NCBI RefSeq assembly: GCF_000092465.1
Contig: NC_014205.1
Location: 1,290,001-1,322,000, forward strand
Direction of reading: 5' to 3'
DNA: 32,000 bases
Origin: Staphylothermus hellenicus DSM 12710
GTDB taxonomy: Archaea; Thermoproteota; Thermoprotei_A; Sulfolobales; Desulfurococcaceae
This document shows positions 1 to 9,408 of the stretch, piece by piece. The position numbers and the translations under genes are program-made. Numbering within the stretch: the stretch's first letter is position 1; each line of letters starts with the position of its first letter. The notes below the pieces were generated by a model. It did no database searches, was not told the origin of the DNA, and was given only the letters and a program-made list of their open reading frames with translations.

Positions 1-160
1 ACCTGCTACCACTAGCCCTAGCTAGTGCATCGATTACTAGAATACTCATTTTTAGCATCCGAAACCATTTCCTAATCGTATCTTATATTTTTAAAACCTA
101 TGATAACTAGTATCCCTTAAATACCTCTACCCGATTATAGATATTCAAAGGGAGACTGAA

Positions 161-826
161 ATGGCTGAATACGGGCAGGATACATTAGCAGAGATACATG
201 TGTATGAAAACATGGTTAATCTGCTTAACCAAGCAGATGATGTTATTAAGGCATTTACAGATGTTTTATCGAATCTTTTATCGGATCAAGAGTTCGACAA
301 GTTATATAATAAGATACAAGCACCAAAGATACGGGTCGAGGAAAATAGGCTTATGTTAATGGAGTATCTTATAAGACTTGGAGAAACACTGCCTAATAGA
401 CAAAACTATATATCTATTGCTCTCGGAATAGATAGACTTGTCCAGCTATTAGATGGCGCATCATATAGATTAACCCTTTTAAGAATGAAGGGATACAGAA
501 TAGATCAGAACATCTATGATCAGCTGAAAGAACTAGCATCCACTGTCATAGCACAATATCATGAATTAAATGAGGGGTTAAACAAGCTTAAAACCGATCC
601 TAAGAAAACCATAATGCATGTAAGAGAAATATCCCGTTTAGAAAATAAGGCAGACGAACTATATAGAAACCTAACTTTCACTATATACACTAAATATGAG
701 AACAAAATTGTACCGTTAATGGTATTAAAAGATGCTATTGATTTTCTAGAAAACGCTGCCGATTTATTAAAGGCCTTAGGTGAAGAGCTACGATTTCTAG
801 CACTGCACAGAATACTGATAACATAG
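161..826 (+). CDS. DUF47 / PhoU-like (putative phosphate-transport regulator family) protein
   Basis: 221-aa ORF with ATG start. The C-terminal 'LENKADELYRNL...DFLENAADLLKALGEEL' resembles the paired hExxADxl / ExxaD helices of DUF47/PhoU-like proteins. Assignment is by motif recall only. Confidence 0.55.
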   Translation: MAEYGQDTLAEIHVYENMVNLLNQADDVIKAFTDVLSNLLSDQEFDKLYNKIQAPKIRVEENRLMLMEYLIRLGETLPNRQNYISIALGIDRLVQLLDGASYRLTLLRMKGYRIDQNIYDQLKELASTVIAQYHELNEGLNKLKTDPKKTIMHVREISRLENKADELYRNLTFTIYTKYENKIVPLMVLKDAIDFLENAADLLKALGEELRFLALHRILIT

Positions 827-1380
827 CCGGCATCAAGACGGAGACCTGTAAAGGCTATCTCCTCTATAACCGTGTAATTGTTCCCGAATATGATTGTGCA
901 AATAAAATATATTGGAACGGCTATTATGGTTCATTCCTAGGAATACAAAAACCTAGAAATAAAAATATTCAAGCACCACTAGAATTATCCATTATTGAAG
1001 CACTATATTTGTTCGAGAAAAAAACCCTAGACATCTACATGGGAAATAAAAAAGTAGAAGAGAACGAGCTATATACTATAGGAAACAAGTATATTGAAAG
1101 ATTTAAGGAGCTCTACATTGTTTATAAAGATCTAAGAGAACGTGGATTTATTGTAAGACGAGGACTAAAATTTGGCTGTGATTACCTGATCTACAGGTTT
1201 GGTCCAGGAATAGATCATGCCCCATTTGGTGTCGAAGTATTTTTATCAAGCGAAAAATATGATCCAATAGACATTGTTAGAATAGGCCGCCTATTACATT
1301 CTGTGAGGAAAAAACTGATAATAGCAATAGTTAGTGGTGAACAAATAAAGTATGTATTATTATCTTGGTGGAAACCATGA
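823..1380 (+). CDS. endA: tRNA-splicing endonuclease, catalytic (alpha-type) subunit; 5' end unresolved
   Basis: The C-terminal catalytic domain 'RERGFIVRRGLKFGCDYLIYRFGPGIDHAPFGVEV...HSVRKKLIIAIV' is typical of EndA. The frame is open back to 784 and encodes the EndA N-terminal domain (GYLLYNRVIVPEYDCANKIYWNGYYGSFLGIQKP...PLELSIIEALYL). The ORF track only starts at TTG 1009. There is no ATG/GTG/TTG in frame between 784 and 1008. Confidence 0.85.
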   Translation: MAGIKTETCKGYLLYNRVIVPEYDCANKIYWNGYYGSFLGIQKPRNKNIQAPLELSIIEALYLFEKKTLDIYMGNKKVEENELYTIGNKYIERFKELYIVYKDLRERGFIVRRGLKFGCDYLIYRFGPGIDHAPFGVEVFLSSEKYDPIDIVRIGRLLHSVRKKLIIAIVSGEQIKYVLLSWWKP

Positions 1381-1500
1381 GAAAATATATAAGACGTTAT
1401 GGTGATATAGACTCTAGAAGTTCATCATTAACAGTTTATATGAATAGTAAAGCTAGGGAATAGGAAAAAATAATGGAAACGATGTGGAGCTGATTAACCC

Positions 1501-1896
1501 TTGAATAAGCGTCCATTTAATAAATCCTATTCTAGTCGAGGCCCGCATCGATCTTTCAAAAATGATAGGAGCAGGCCTCTTCAAAGAAAAGCTTATCCAA
1601 TGCCTAAAGGTGACAAATGCAATCCATTATGTCCATTTTTTGTATGTACAAGGAATGCATTAGTGATAGTGACAAAATCTTATAGGGGCAAGATCAGAAA
1701 GGTGGCTTTCTGCAGACTAACTGGTAGCGAATGTATTGGTGCAGAATGCAAATTTGCAAGTTGTAGAATCAATGCACTATTACCTGACGGTAGATGCGCT
1801 AAGGCTTTAGAGAAAAAAACACGTAAAACAACAGATAAAGAGCTCTTCCGCGAAATGGAAGAGATCGAAGATTACGATGTAGAAGATTTCCTCTAA
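1501..1896 (+). CDS. hypothetical Cys-rich protein (basic N-terminus, 8 Cys core, acidic tail)
   Basis: 131-aa ORF with TTG start (an alternative ATG lies at codon 34). Cys pattern CnplCpffvC...C...C...C...C...C. The acidic C-terminus is EMEEIEDYDVEDFL. No family recognised. Confidence 0.5.
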   Translation: MNKRPFNKSYSSRGPHRSFKNDRSRPLQRKAYPMPKGDKCNPLCPFFVCTRNALVIVTKSYRGKIRKVAFCRLTGSECIGAECKFASCRINALLPDGRCAKALEKKTRKTTDKELFREMEEIEDYDVEDFL

Positions 1897-2477
1897 CACG
1901 ACATCCATCTACAGTATAAATTATGAGGAACTCCTAAGGAATCCAATACTTTTCCAACAATAAACAATACTATATCATCTAATGTTTTTGGCTTAGAATA
2001 GAATGCGGGGCTAGCAGGCAAAATTATTGCTCCACCCATAGATAATATGTATAGGTTCTTCAAATCCATAGTTGATAGGGGAGTTTCCCGGAGAACAATA
2101 ACTAATTTTCTGTGCAGCCTCATTATCGAAGCAGCTGTTCTCAATAACAAGTTATCCTGAATACTAGTAGCTAGTTTAGCGACAGTATTCATTGAAGCAG
2201 GAATTATTACCATATCCGAATAGGCTAAGTTGCTACTACTTGATAATGGTGAGAACCAGTCTTTTTCTCCATAAATCTTTTCTATACAATTATTTTTTCT
2301 TAAATGCTCAATAATATCATCTATACCTTCCTCTATTCTAGCCACTAGTTTGGCGTTATTAGTTACTATAACATTTACTTCGTCATATTTTCTTTTCATA
2401 AGCGGACACATATCTAGTAATTTGACAGCATATCTGATACCGCTAGCACCAGTTATTCCAACTATAATTCTTTTCAA
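1893..2477 (-). CDS. ubiX: flavin prenyltransferase UbiX / PAD1 family
   Basis: The N-terminal 'RIIVGITGASGIRYAVKLL' and the later 'VIIPASMNTVAKLA...RETPLS...GGAIILPASPAFYSKP' match the UbiX family signature. It overlaps the convergent upstream gene by 4 nt. Confidence 0.85.
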   Translation of the reverse strand: MKRIIVGITGASGIRYAVKLLDMCPLMKRKYDEVNVIVTNNAKLVARIEEGIDDIIEHLRKNNCIEKIYGEKDWFSPLSSSSNLAYSDMVIIPASMNTVAKLATSIQDNLLLRTAASIMRLHRKLVIVLRETPLSTMDLKNLYILSMGGAIILPASPAFYSKPKTLDDIVLFIVGKVLDSLGVPHNLYCRWMSC

Positions 2478-2617
2478 TTAAAACCACCATATAAGCGGAT
2501 CAGGCCTGCGCGGGCTCATCATAATATTTATCAGCCCTTTCGAGCCTCAGCATCTCCGATATAATAATGGTTTTAACTATTTTATTAAATCTTTGAGGAA
2601 ACAGGTGATAAATAAAT

Positions 2618-2908
2618 ATGTATACGAGATGGATAAATCCAAGAAAACTCGATGAACTAGTTTTTAAACTAAGAAAAAACAATATCTTTACTAGTAGGCA
2701 CTCCTATAGCTATAGGCTGCTATATAATGATAAAATGATTGCAGGCATACATGTTTATCCAGGATATAAAGAGGTTGTTCTCAGAATATATATGTCTAAT
2801 ATCGAGTACGCTGAACCAGTATTAGAGCTTATTGAGAATATTATTAGAGAAATTTTCCCGGATTATAAGCTAAATATACACTATATTAAGCCCTTAATAA
2901 AAGAATAA
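2618..2908 (+). CDS. hypothetical small protein (96 aa)
   Basis: ATG-initiated ORF that ends 15 nt before the KaiC-like gene on the same strand. No recognisable motif. Confidence 0.45.
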   Translation: MYTRWINPRKLDELVFKLRKNNIFTSRHSYSYRLLYNDKMIAGIHVYPGYKEVVLRIYMSNIEYAEPVLELIENIIREIFPDYKLNIHYIKPLIKE

Positions 2909-2923
2909 TCTCGGGGAAAATCC

Positions 2924-3766
2924 TTGGGCAAACCAAGTATTGAGAGACTCCCTACAGGTATTAAAGGACTAGATGAGATTTTACGTGGAGGTATTCCGCA
3001 GGGTTTTGTTGTAGCAGTTGTGGGGGAGCCTGGAACAGGGAAAACTGTGTTCTGTATACATTTTATCGGTAAAGGCTTAGAAACGGGTGATAAGGGAATA
3101 TATGTAACAACTGAAGAGAGCCGTGAAAGCATTATTAGGCAAGCAGCTATGTTCAACATAGATCTTAGAAAACACGTTGATGAAGGAAATCTAGTTATAA
3201 TTGATGCTTTAATGGAGGAAAGAGGCGATCCATGGAGTCTTAGAGAGTTAGATATAGAAGAATTATTATCTAAGATCATTGAGGCCAAGAAATATCTAGG
3301 TTATGGTCACGCTAGACTAGTAATTGATTCCATGAGTGCATTCTGGCTGGATAAACCAGCAATGGCTAGAAAATACAGCTATATTATTAAAAGAAGACTT
3401 GCTAGATGGAACATGACTATTATCTTAACAAGTCAATATGCTGTCACGACAAGCCTAGGTTTTGGTTTTGGTGTTGAACACGTAGCAGATGGAATTATTA
3501 GATTTAGGAAATCTATTCTTGGAGGAGAACTTAAACGATTCCTAGTAGTTGAGAAAATGAGGCAAACAGATCATGATAAAAGAGTTTTTCTAATAGATAT
3601 AGTGGATGGGAAAGGACTAGTTGTTTTAGGACCCTACAATATTAGTCGGGGCGAAGTATCTCTACCATTCAGTGTTCTAGCAAAAATATTATCAGCTGAG
3701 CTGAAAAAAGAAGCTGAACTAACAAGTGGGGAACTAGAAGGTTCTGATTTAGAAAATAATGTTTAA
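2924..3766 (+). CDS. KaiC/RadA-like RecA-superfamily ATPase (single domain, COG0467-like)
   Basis: 'LPTGIKGLDEILRGGIPQGFVVAVVGEPGTGKTVFCIHF' (Walker A) and 'RLVIDSMS' (Walker B-like). TTG start. The C-terminal tail is acidic. Confidence 0.8.
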   Translation: MGKPSIERLPTGIKGLDEILRGGIPQGFVVAVVGEPGTGKTVFCIHFIGKGLETGDKGIYVTTEESRESIIRQAAMFNIDLRKHVDEGNLVIIDALMEERGDPWSLRELDIEELLSKIIEAKKYLGYGHARLVIDSMSAFWLDKPAMARKYSYIIKRRLARWNMTIILTSQYAVTTSLGFGFGVEHVADGIIRFRKSILGGELKRFLVVEKMRQTDHDKRVFLIDIVDGKGLVVLGPYNISRGEVSLPFSVLAKILSAELKKEAELTSGELEGSDLENNV

Positions 3767-6217
3767 ATCATAATCTAGTCTCTCAACACCTGGTTCATGT
3801 ATTTCAGGGTCTTTTCGCGTTAAAGCTCTAAAATATTTACATGCTATATCCCGAGCAAACTTGTGAAGCTCTTTCAAGTGTAGTCTAAGCTCGCTTTTCA
3901 GCTCGTCCCAGCTTTTTCCCTGAAGAGCTTTTCCTACTAGTATAGCTTCTTTTATTCTTGATAACTCAGCTCTTTTATCCTTTGGCAATAACCAGTGTAG
4001 CTTAGCCAGTCTATGCATGATATCAGCTGCTGCTTCAAACGTCATCGGACCGATACAGTAGATCCATAAACGATCTATTTGGACAGGGGAAAACAGATTG
4101 TCTGGAATATCGTTTAGTAGTGGATCACCATAGTTGAGCAGTTGCATGGCAACGCTTGTTTCCATGTCCCTATAAACAATTGGTAGTGAATCTAAGAGTT
4201 TAAGTCTGAATTCCTTATTCGCCCTTGATACGTATTCCCATGTTCTTTTACTTAATGGTTTTATTACGAGTAATGTATACTCTCCACTAACAGGATTTCT
4301 ATCTGGGCTTATATGTAATGGGTAGAACCCGTTTTTAAGCCAAAATCTTAATAATTCATAGTTTACTCCAAAACCTGCTGCTACCCAGTCTAATCCCTTA
4401 CTAATAGCTTCTTCAGACAGTTTACTTAGTGCCCAACTACCAATACCTCTTCCCTGAACTTGTGGATGCGTTGCTATCCTTACAACACGCCATCCAAGCA
4501 GTTCCGCGAATCCCTTGTATCTAAGATGCTTTAAGAATCTATCGGGAATTATATTACCTGGTATTCTACCTCCCTTTAATAATTCATTAGCTGTATCCCT
4601 GTCTATTCTGCCTTCATAAGCTATTTGTAGAGCACACACTATTTTCCCGCTACGCGTCTTTACCGCTCTTACGATATGGTGTGGAGCATCAGCAATCATA
4701 CCCAGATCATCGGGTTCGTTTCGATAATGTGCTAATACATATATTCCAAATAACTGTCTTAGCTCCTCTTCTCCTTTCTCACTAAACAAATATTTGGGAT
4801 CATATTCTACATAGACGAGATTCTTCTCTTCAATATCCTTTATGTCATCACTTGTTAATTCTGCGGGTTCAGCATCTAGTAAAAGAGTCTTAAACTGCCA
4901 TTCCTCTATTGGATCGTTGATAGAGTAACGTATAGGTTCTGTCATTTCATACTCGACTAGCTGAGTGTTTTTATCGCTTCTTATTTTCGAGAGAAACCTA
5001 ACAGAGAATCCTCTACCTGCTCCTTCATATCCATGTATAGTAGTTGAAAAAACTAATCGATTGCGGCTCATCCATATTTTATGAAGCATTGGAACATGTA
5101 TTCCAGCTGCCTCATCTACTATTACAATATCTCCTCTAATTCTAGGAATGTTAATTGGTTCCCAATATTCAATACTAAACTTTTCACCTCTAAGCTCAAT
5201 TACGTTGCCTTCTCTCTTAATAACTTCGTACTTATAGCCTAGTGCATCCAACACTCTCCTAGCAAGCATCATTAAGGATTGGACATTACTTGGACTAGGA
5301 GCTGTTACCAGTATTCTGGGCTTTGGTTTTACTTTTCTCAGAACATGTATTAATCCTACAGAACCAATTCCTACAGCACACGATTTTCCTCTACCACGAT
5401 CCGCTGTTATAACTATGACTTTTTTCTTGCCCTTACGTGGTTTCTCATATAATTGCTCCATCAACTTTATTACTTTGACTTGATCATTTGTTAATGCAAA
5501 TTCATAGACTTGTTTAGGGAAAAGAGTATCCTGTGGTATCTCTATTTTTTTCCTAGACAATTTTATTTCTCTTTTTAACTCTATTTTCTTGATAATGCGC
5601 TTGTTGTCTGCATCATATATGCCTATAGAATCATGTTTCAAAAGCTTTGATTTAACCCATTTTATAAATATGTGTCTTGGCTCTGGAAATTGTGGAACAG
5701 TTATGTTTCGTTTGAATATAGTCATATAGGTATCCCATTGATCCCATGGAGGGGTTAGTAGAATAACTAATCCGCCGCCTTCTACTATGCCTATTAATCG
5801 ACCAAGATCATTAGGTTTAAGATCTTTAGTTAAGTCCATGATTAGAAATGAAAATGTTGATCCAAGATATCGCTCACTACGTTCATAGACTGCATATTGG
5901 AACTCAGTATATTTAACATTGAGATTTCTACTAAAAACTTCTTTTAATAGAACTGCATCATCAAATTCGTCATGATAAACATATAGCCCGGAATATTTTT
6001 TCTTATCATAACGATGTCTTTGTCTCTCATAGTATTGTATAGCTTTTGCAGCTAGTAAACCCATAAATACAGGGTCGCTACCCGATATTGTCATTAGCGT
6101 TCTAAATCTTCCTTGAACTATATCTTTTATTATCTTACCATACAGTCTAAGAAATCGTTTAAAAGAAGATGGTATAGTATAGTCTTCGCCGCTTTCTATC
6201 CGCAATAATGGTTTCAC
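3749..6217 (-). CDS. tmcA: tRNA(Met) cytidine acetyltransferase TmcA (NAT10/Kre33 homolog)
   Basis: 822 aa. The helicase-type P-loop 'ITADRGRGKSCAVGIG' is followed by a GNAT-like segment 'RIATHPQVQGRGIGSWAL', which is the TmcA architecture. The gene lies directly downstream of cdc48 on the same strand. Confidence 0.85.
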   Translation of the reverse strand: MKPLLRIESGEDYTIPSSFKRFLRLYGKIIKDIVQGRFRTLMTISGSDPVFMGLLAAKAIQYYERQRHRYDKKKYSGLYVYHDEFDDAVLLKEVFSRNLNVKYTEFQYAVYERSERYLGSTFSFLIMDLTKDLKPNDLGRLIGIVEGGGLVILLTPPWDQWDTYMTIFKRNITVPQFPEPRHIFIKWVKSKLLKHDSIGIYDADNKRIIKKIELKREIKLSRKKIEIPQDTLFPKQVYEFALTNDQVKVIKLMEQLYEKPRKGKKKVIVITADRGRGKSCAVGIGSVGLIHVLRKVKPKPRILVTAPSPSNVQSLMMLARRVLDALGYKYEVIKREGNVIELRGEKFSIEYWEPINIPRIRGDIVIVDEAAGIHVPMLHKIWMSRNRLVFSTTIHGYEGAGRGFSVRFLSKIRSDKNTQLVEYEMTEPIRYSINDPIEEWQFKTLLLDAEPAELTSDDIKDIEEKNLVYVEYDPKYLFSEKGEEELRQLFGIYVLAHYRNEPDDLGMIADAPHHIVRAVKTRSGKIVCALQIAYEGRIDRDTANELLKGGRIPGNIIPDRFLKHLRYKGFAELLGWRVVRIATHPQVQGRGIGSWALSKLSEEAISKGLDWVAAGFGVNYELLRFWLKNGFYPLHISPDRNPVSGEYTLLVIKPLSKRTWEYVSRANKEFRLKLLDSLPIVYRDMETSVAMQLLNYGDPLLNDIPDNLFSPVQIDRLWIYCIGPMTFEAAADIMHRLAKLHWLLPKDKRAELSRIKEAILVGKALQGKSWDELKSELRLHLKELHKFARDIACKYFRALTRKDPEIHEPGVERLDYDLNIIF

Positions 6218-6226
6218 CTAGGCTCT

Positions 6227-8440
6227 CTAAACCCGATATGGTAGTCCGCCCATTCTCTTGAGCTCCTTAGCCATTCTCTCATATCTTTCTATATCAGATC
6301 CTGTCAGGCTTGGAGGTACGTGTTTCAATGCTTCTAGGAAGTGTTTCATTTCAACAGGTCTTACTTTGAATTCTTCTCTTAAAGCAAGAATTGCTGCTTC
6401 TCTACAAACTGCAGCTATATCTGCTCCAGTATAGCCTTCAGTTCTTCTAGCTAGTTCTTCTAAGTCTACATCAGGTGCTAAAGGCATTTTCTTCGTGTGT
6501 ACTTTAAATATTTCTATTCTCGCTTTAAAGTCCGGTGGAGGAACATATATTAACCTATCAAATCTACCTGGTCTAAGCAGTGCTGGATCGAGGATGTCTG
6601 GTCTATTTGTTGCAGCTATAACTACTACTTTTCTAAGAGGTTCTATTCCGTCAAGTTCTGTTAATAATTGATTCACTATACGATCTGTGACACCGCTTGT
6701 ATCATGCCTATATCCACGAGCAGGCGCAATCGAGTCTATTTCATCAAAGAATACAACTGCTGGAGCAACTTGTCTTGCTCTTCTAAATATTTGTCTAATT
6801 GCTTTTTCTGATTCTCCTACCCATTTGCTTAGTATTTCTGGTCCTCTAACTGCTATAAAGTTTGCGCCGCTCTCAGTAGCAACAGCTTTAGCCAACAAAG
6901 TCTTACCGGTTCCAGGAGGGCCAAACAGGAGTATTCCCTTTGGGGCTTCAATACCCATTTGTTCAAATACTTCGGGATGCTTCATGGGCCACTCAACAGC
7001 TTCCCTCAATTGTTGCTTCACGTCTTCAAGGCCTCCAATATCGCTCCATCTAACCTCTGGGACTTCGACATATATTTCCCTAATAAGGGTTGGTTGTACA
7101 TATTTCATTGCTTCAAGGAAGTCAGCCATTTTAACTTTTAGATCTCTAAGTTTCTCTGCTGGAATGGATTGTGTTAGATCTATTTTTCCTTCTTTAATGA
7201 ATCTTCTCAGTGCAGCCATTGCTGCTTCTTTAACTAGTGCAGCTAAATCCGCTCCTGTATATCCATGAGTCATTTCAGCGATCTTATCTAGATCAACATC
7301 TTCTTCTAAGGGCATATTACGTGTGTGAACAGCGAGTATTTCTCTTCTAGCACGCTTATCCGGCGGCGGAATCTCTATTTCTCGATCAAACCTACCTGGT
7401 CTACGAAGTGCTGGGTCTAGTGCTTCAGGTCTATTGGTTGCTCCAATAACTATTACTTTTCCACGTTCTTTCAAACCATCCATTAAAGCTAGTAGTTGCG
7501 CCACAACCCTTTTCTCCACTTCACCTGTAACTTCTTCTCTCTTAGGAGCAATACTATCTATCTCGTCTATGAATATTATTGCTGGAGCATTTCTCTCAGC
7601 TTCTTCAAATATTTCCCTAAGCCTCTGCTCTGATTCACCATAGAACTTACTCATTATCTCGGGGCCGTTAATCGCTGTAAAGTATGCTCCAATCTCGTTA
7701 GCTAAGGCTTTAGCCAGTAATGTCTTACCAGTACCTGGCGGACCATGTAGTAGGATGCCTTTTGGAGGCTCTATACCTAGATGTTTGAATAGCTCAGGAT
7801 GTTTTAATGGTAATTCAACTATTTCCCTTATCTTTTGCTTAGCCTCCTCCAGATCGCCTATATCCTCCCAGGTTACTTTAGGTATCATTCTAGCTCTTTC
7901 AATAACTTCCTCCTTAACAGGCTCGCTTCTTATCTGTATCTCTGTTTCATCTGTTACATATACTCTGTATCCAGGCTGTGTAGCTATAACGATGAATTTT
8001 AGGCTCATACCGAATATTGGAATTACTATTTCCTCTCCTCTGCTAATTGGTTTTCTAATTAAGAATTGGCGAACATATTCAACGAAATCCGGGCCGAAAC
8101 GTACAGGTTCTGTTGGTGCTAGAACTACTTTAGTTGCTGGCTCAACACTTGTTTTCTTAACGCTAACTATGTCTCCAACACTAGCTCCAATAGCCCTGCG
8201 TAAATATCCATCCATACGTATTATGTCTTTATCTTCATCTTCGGGATAAGCAGGCCAAACCTGTGCAATAATGCTTCCTCGAGGACCAATAATTTCCACG
8301 AAATCTCCTGTAACAACTCCTAGCCTAGCCATATCGGTTCTACTGATCCTGACAATTTTTCTTCCAACATCTCTTTGTCTCGCTTCCGCAACTCTAAGTC
8401 TAATCTCTCTATTATTATTATTTCTAGGCATAACTTTCAC
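6227..8440 (-). CDS. cdc48: CDC48/VCP-like AAA+ ATPase (two AAA domains)
   Basis: Two Walker A motifs '[13 protein letters not shown]', two '[18 protein letters not shown]' Walker B motifs, and an N-terminal CDC48-type domain. The start is probably ATG at 8431, since GGTGA lies 5 nt upstream. The ORF track uses GTG at 8440. Confidence 0.95.
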   Translation of the reverse strand: MKVMPRNNNNREIRLRVAEARQRDVGRKIVRISRTDMARLGVVTGDFVEIIGPRGSIIAQVWPAYPEDEDKDIIRMDGYLRRAIGASVGDIVSVKKTSVEPATKVVLAPTEPVRFGPDFVEYVRQFLIRKPISRGEEIVIPIFGMSLKFIVIATQPGYRVYVTDETEIQIRSEPVKEEVIERARMIPKVTWEDIGDLEEAKQKIREIVELPLKHPELFKHLGIEPPKGILLHGPPGTGKTLLAKALANEIGAYFTAINGPEIMSKFYGESEQRLREIFEEAERNAPAIIFIDEIDSIAPKREEVTGEVEKRVVAQLLALMDGLKERGKVIVIGATNRPEALDPALRRPGRFDREIEIPPPDKRARREILAVHTRNMPLEEDVDLDKIAEMTHGYTGADLAALVKEAAMAALRRFIKEGKIDLTQSIPAEKLRDLKVKMADFLEAMKYVQPTLIREIYVEVPEVRWSDIGGLEDVKQQLREAVEWPMKHPEVFEQMGIEAPKGILLFGPPGTGKTLLAKAVATESGANFIAVRGPEILSKWVGESEKAIRQIFRRARQVAPAVVFFDEIDSIAPARGYRHDTSGVTDRIVNQLLTELDGIEPLRKVVVIAATNRPDILDPALLRPGRFDRLIYVPPPDFKARIEIFKVHTKKMPLAPDVDLEELARRTEGYTGADIAAVCREAAILALREEFKVRPVEMKHFLEALKHVPPSLTGSDIERYERMAKELKRMGGLPYRV

Positions 8441-8563
8441 CTAAAAGGCACAATTCTAAAAACAAATTATAATAATTCTCCTTATTATATAATACTACAT
8501 GAAGTGATATTAATATCTGTAAACAATATTATTATTTAGTAAACTCTGTCTGAGGTGAAGATT

Positions 8564-9313
8564 ATGGTGGAAAGAGTAAAAACAGGCATTCCAGGATTTG
8601 ACGAAATAGTTAATGGTGGAATTCCTAAGAGAAACGTTGTATTGCTAAGCGGAGGCCCTGGAACTGGTAAATCGATTTTCGGAACACAGTATTTATGGAA
8701 CGGCCTTCAAATGGGTGAGCCCGGAGTATTTGTGGCGTTAGAAGAGCATCCCGTGCAGATAAGAATTAATATGAGACAGTTTGGATGGGATGTAAGACCA
8801 TATGAGCAACAAGGAGTATTCGCTATTGTTGATGCTTTTACGGGAGGAATAGGTGAAGCGGCTAAAAGGGAAAAATATGTTGTAAGGGACCCAACCGATG
8901 TTGGCGAGCTAATAGATGTTTTAAAACAAGCTATTAGAGATGTTGGAGCATTAAGAGTTGTTATAGACTCGGTTTCAACACTTTATTTAACAAAGCCGGC
9001 TGTTGCAAGAGGCGTAGTGCTACAATTAAAGAGGGTACTCTCGGGATTAGGAACTACATCGATTCTTGTATCGCAAGTATCAGTTACTGAGCGCGGATTT
9101 GGAGGACCAGGTGTAGAGCATGCAGCTGATGGTATAGTAAGGCTTGATCTAGATGAATATAATGGTGAACTTGTAAGAAGCATTATTATCTGGAAAATGA
9201 GAGGTACAAAACATAGTATGAGAAGACATCCTTTCGAAATAACTGATAAAGGAATAATTATTTATCACGATAAAGTTGTTAGAATTAAGGGTGGAACAGC
9301 TCTTATTGAATAA
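8564..9313 (+). CDS. KaiC/RadA-like RecA-superfamily ATPase (second paralog)
   Basis: '[36 protein letters not shown]' and 'RVVIDSVS'. ATG 8564 is preceded by GGTGA. The ORF track starts at GTG 8555, which lies inside that SD-like motif. Confidence 0.8.
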   Translation: MVERVKTGIPGFDEIVNGGIPKRNVVLLSGGPGTGKSIFGTQYLWNGLQMGEPGVFVALEEHPVQIRINMRQFGWDVRPYEQQGVFAIVDAFTGGIGEAAKREKYVVRDPTDVGELIDVLKQAIRDVGALRVVIDSVSTLYLTKPAVARGVVLQLKRVLSGLGTTSILVSQVSVTERGFGGPGVEHAADGIVRLDLDEYNGELVRSIIIWKMRGTKHSMRRHPFEITDKGIIIYHDKVVRIKGGTALIE

Positions 9314-9408
9314 ACTTAACATTATTTTTAAGCTTTAAAAACCTCTCATTTTTAAGATACATTTATAACTACTCGTTTTTCTAAAACTTTAAACATGGTT
9401 GAGTATAT

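Noticed and set aside
1-58. Possible 5' end of a minus-strand gene (MLKMSILVIDALARASGSR...) leaving the window
   Set aside because: Fewer than 20 codons are visible, so neither coding status nor function can be judged.
2881-3288. 135-aa minus-strand ORF overlapping the first KaiC-like gene; also 2500-2682
   Set aside because: The first is antisense to a gene with clear Walker motifs and has a low-complexity Ser/Leu-rich translation. 2500-2682 lies in the ubiX upstream spacer, overlaps the start of 2618-2908, and has no support.
6687-8249. ORFs on the + strand inside cdc48 (6687-7268, 6959-7141, 7434-7643, 7755-8249)
   Set aside because: They are antisense shadows of a strongly supported AAA+ ATPase gene. 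The translations are Ser/Leu/Ile-rich and low in complexity, with no motifs.
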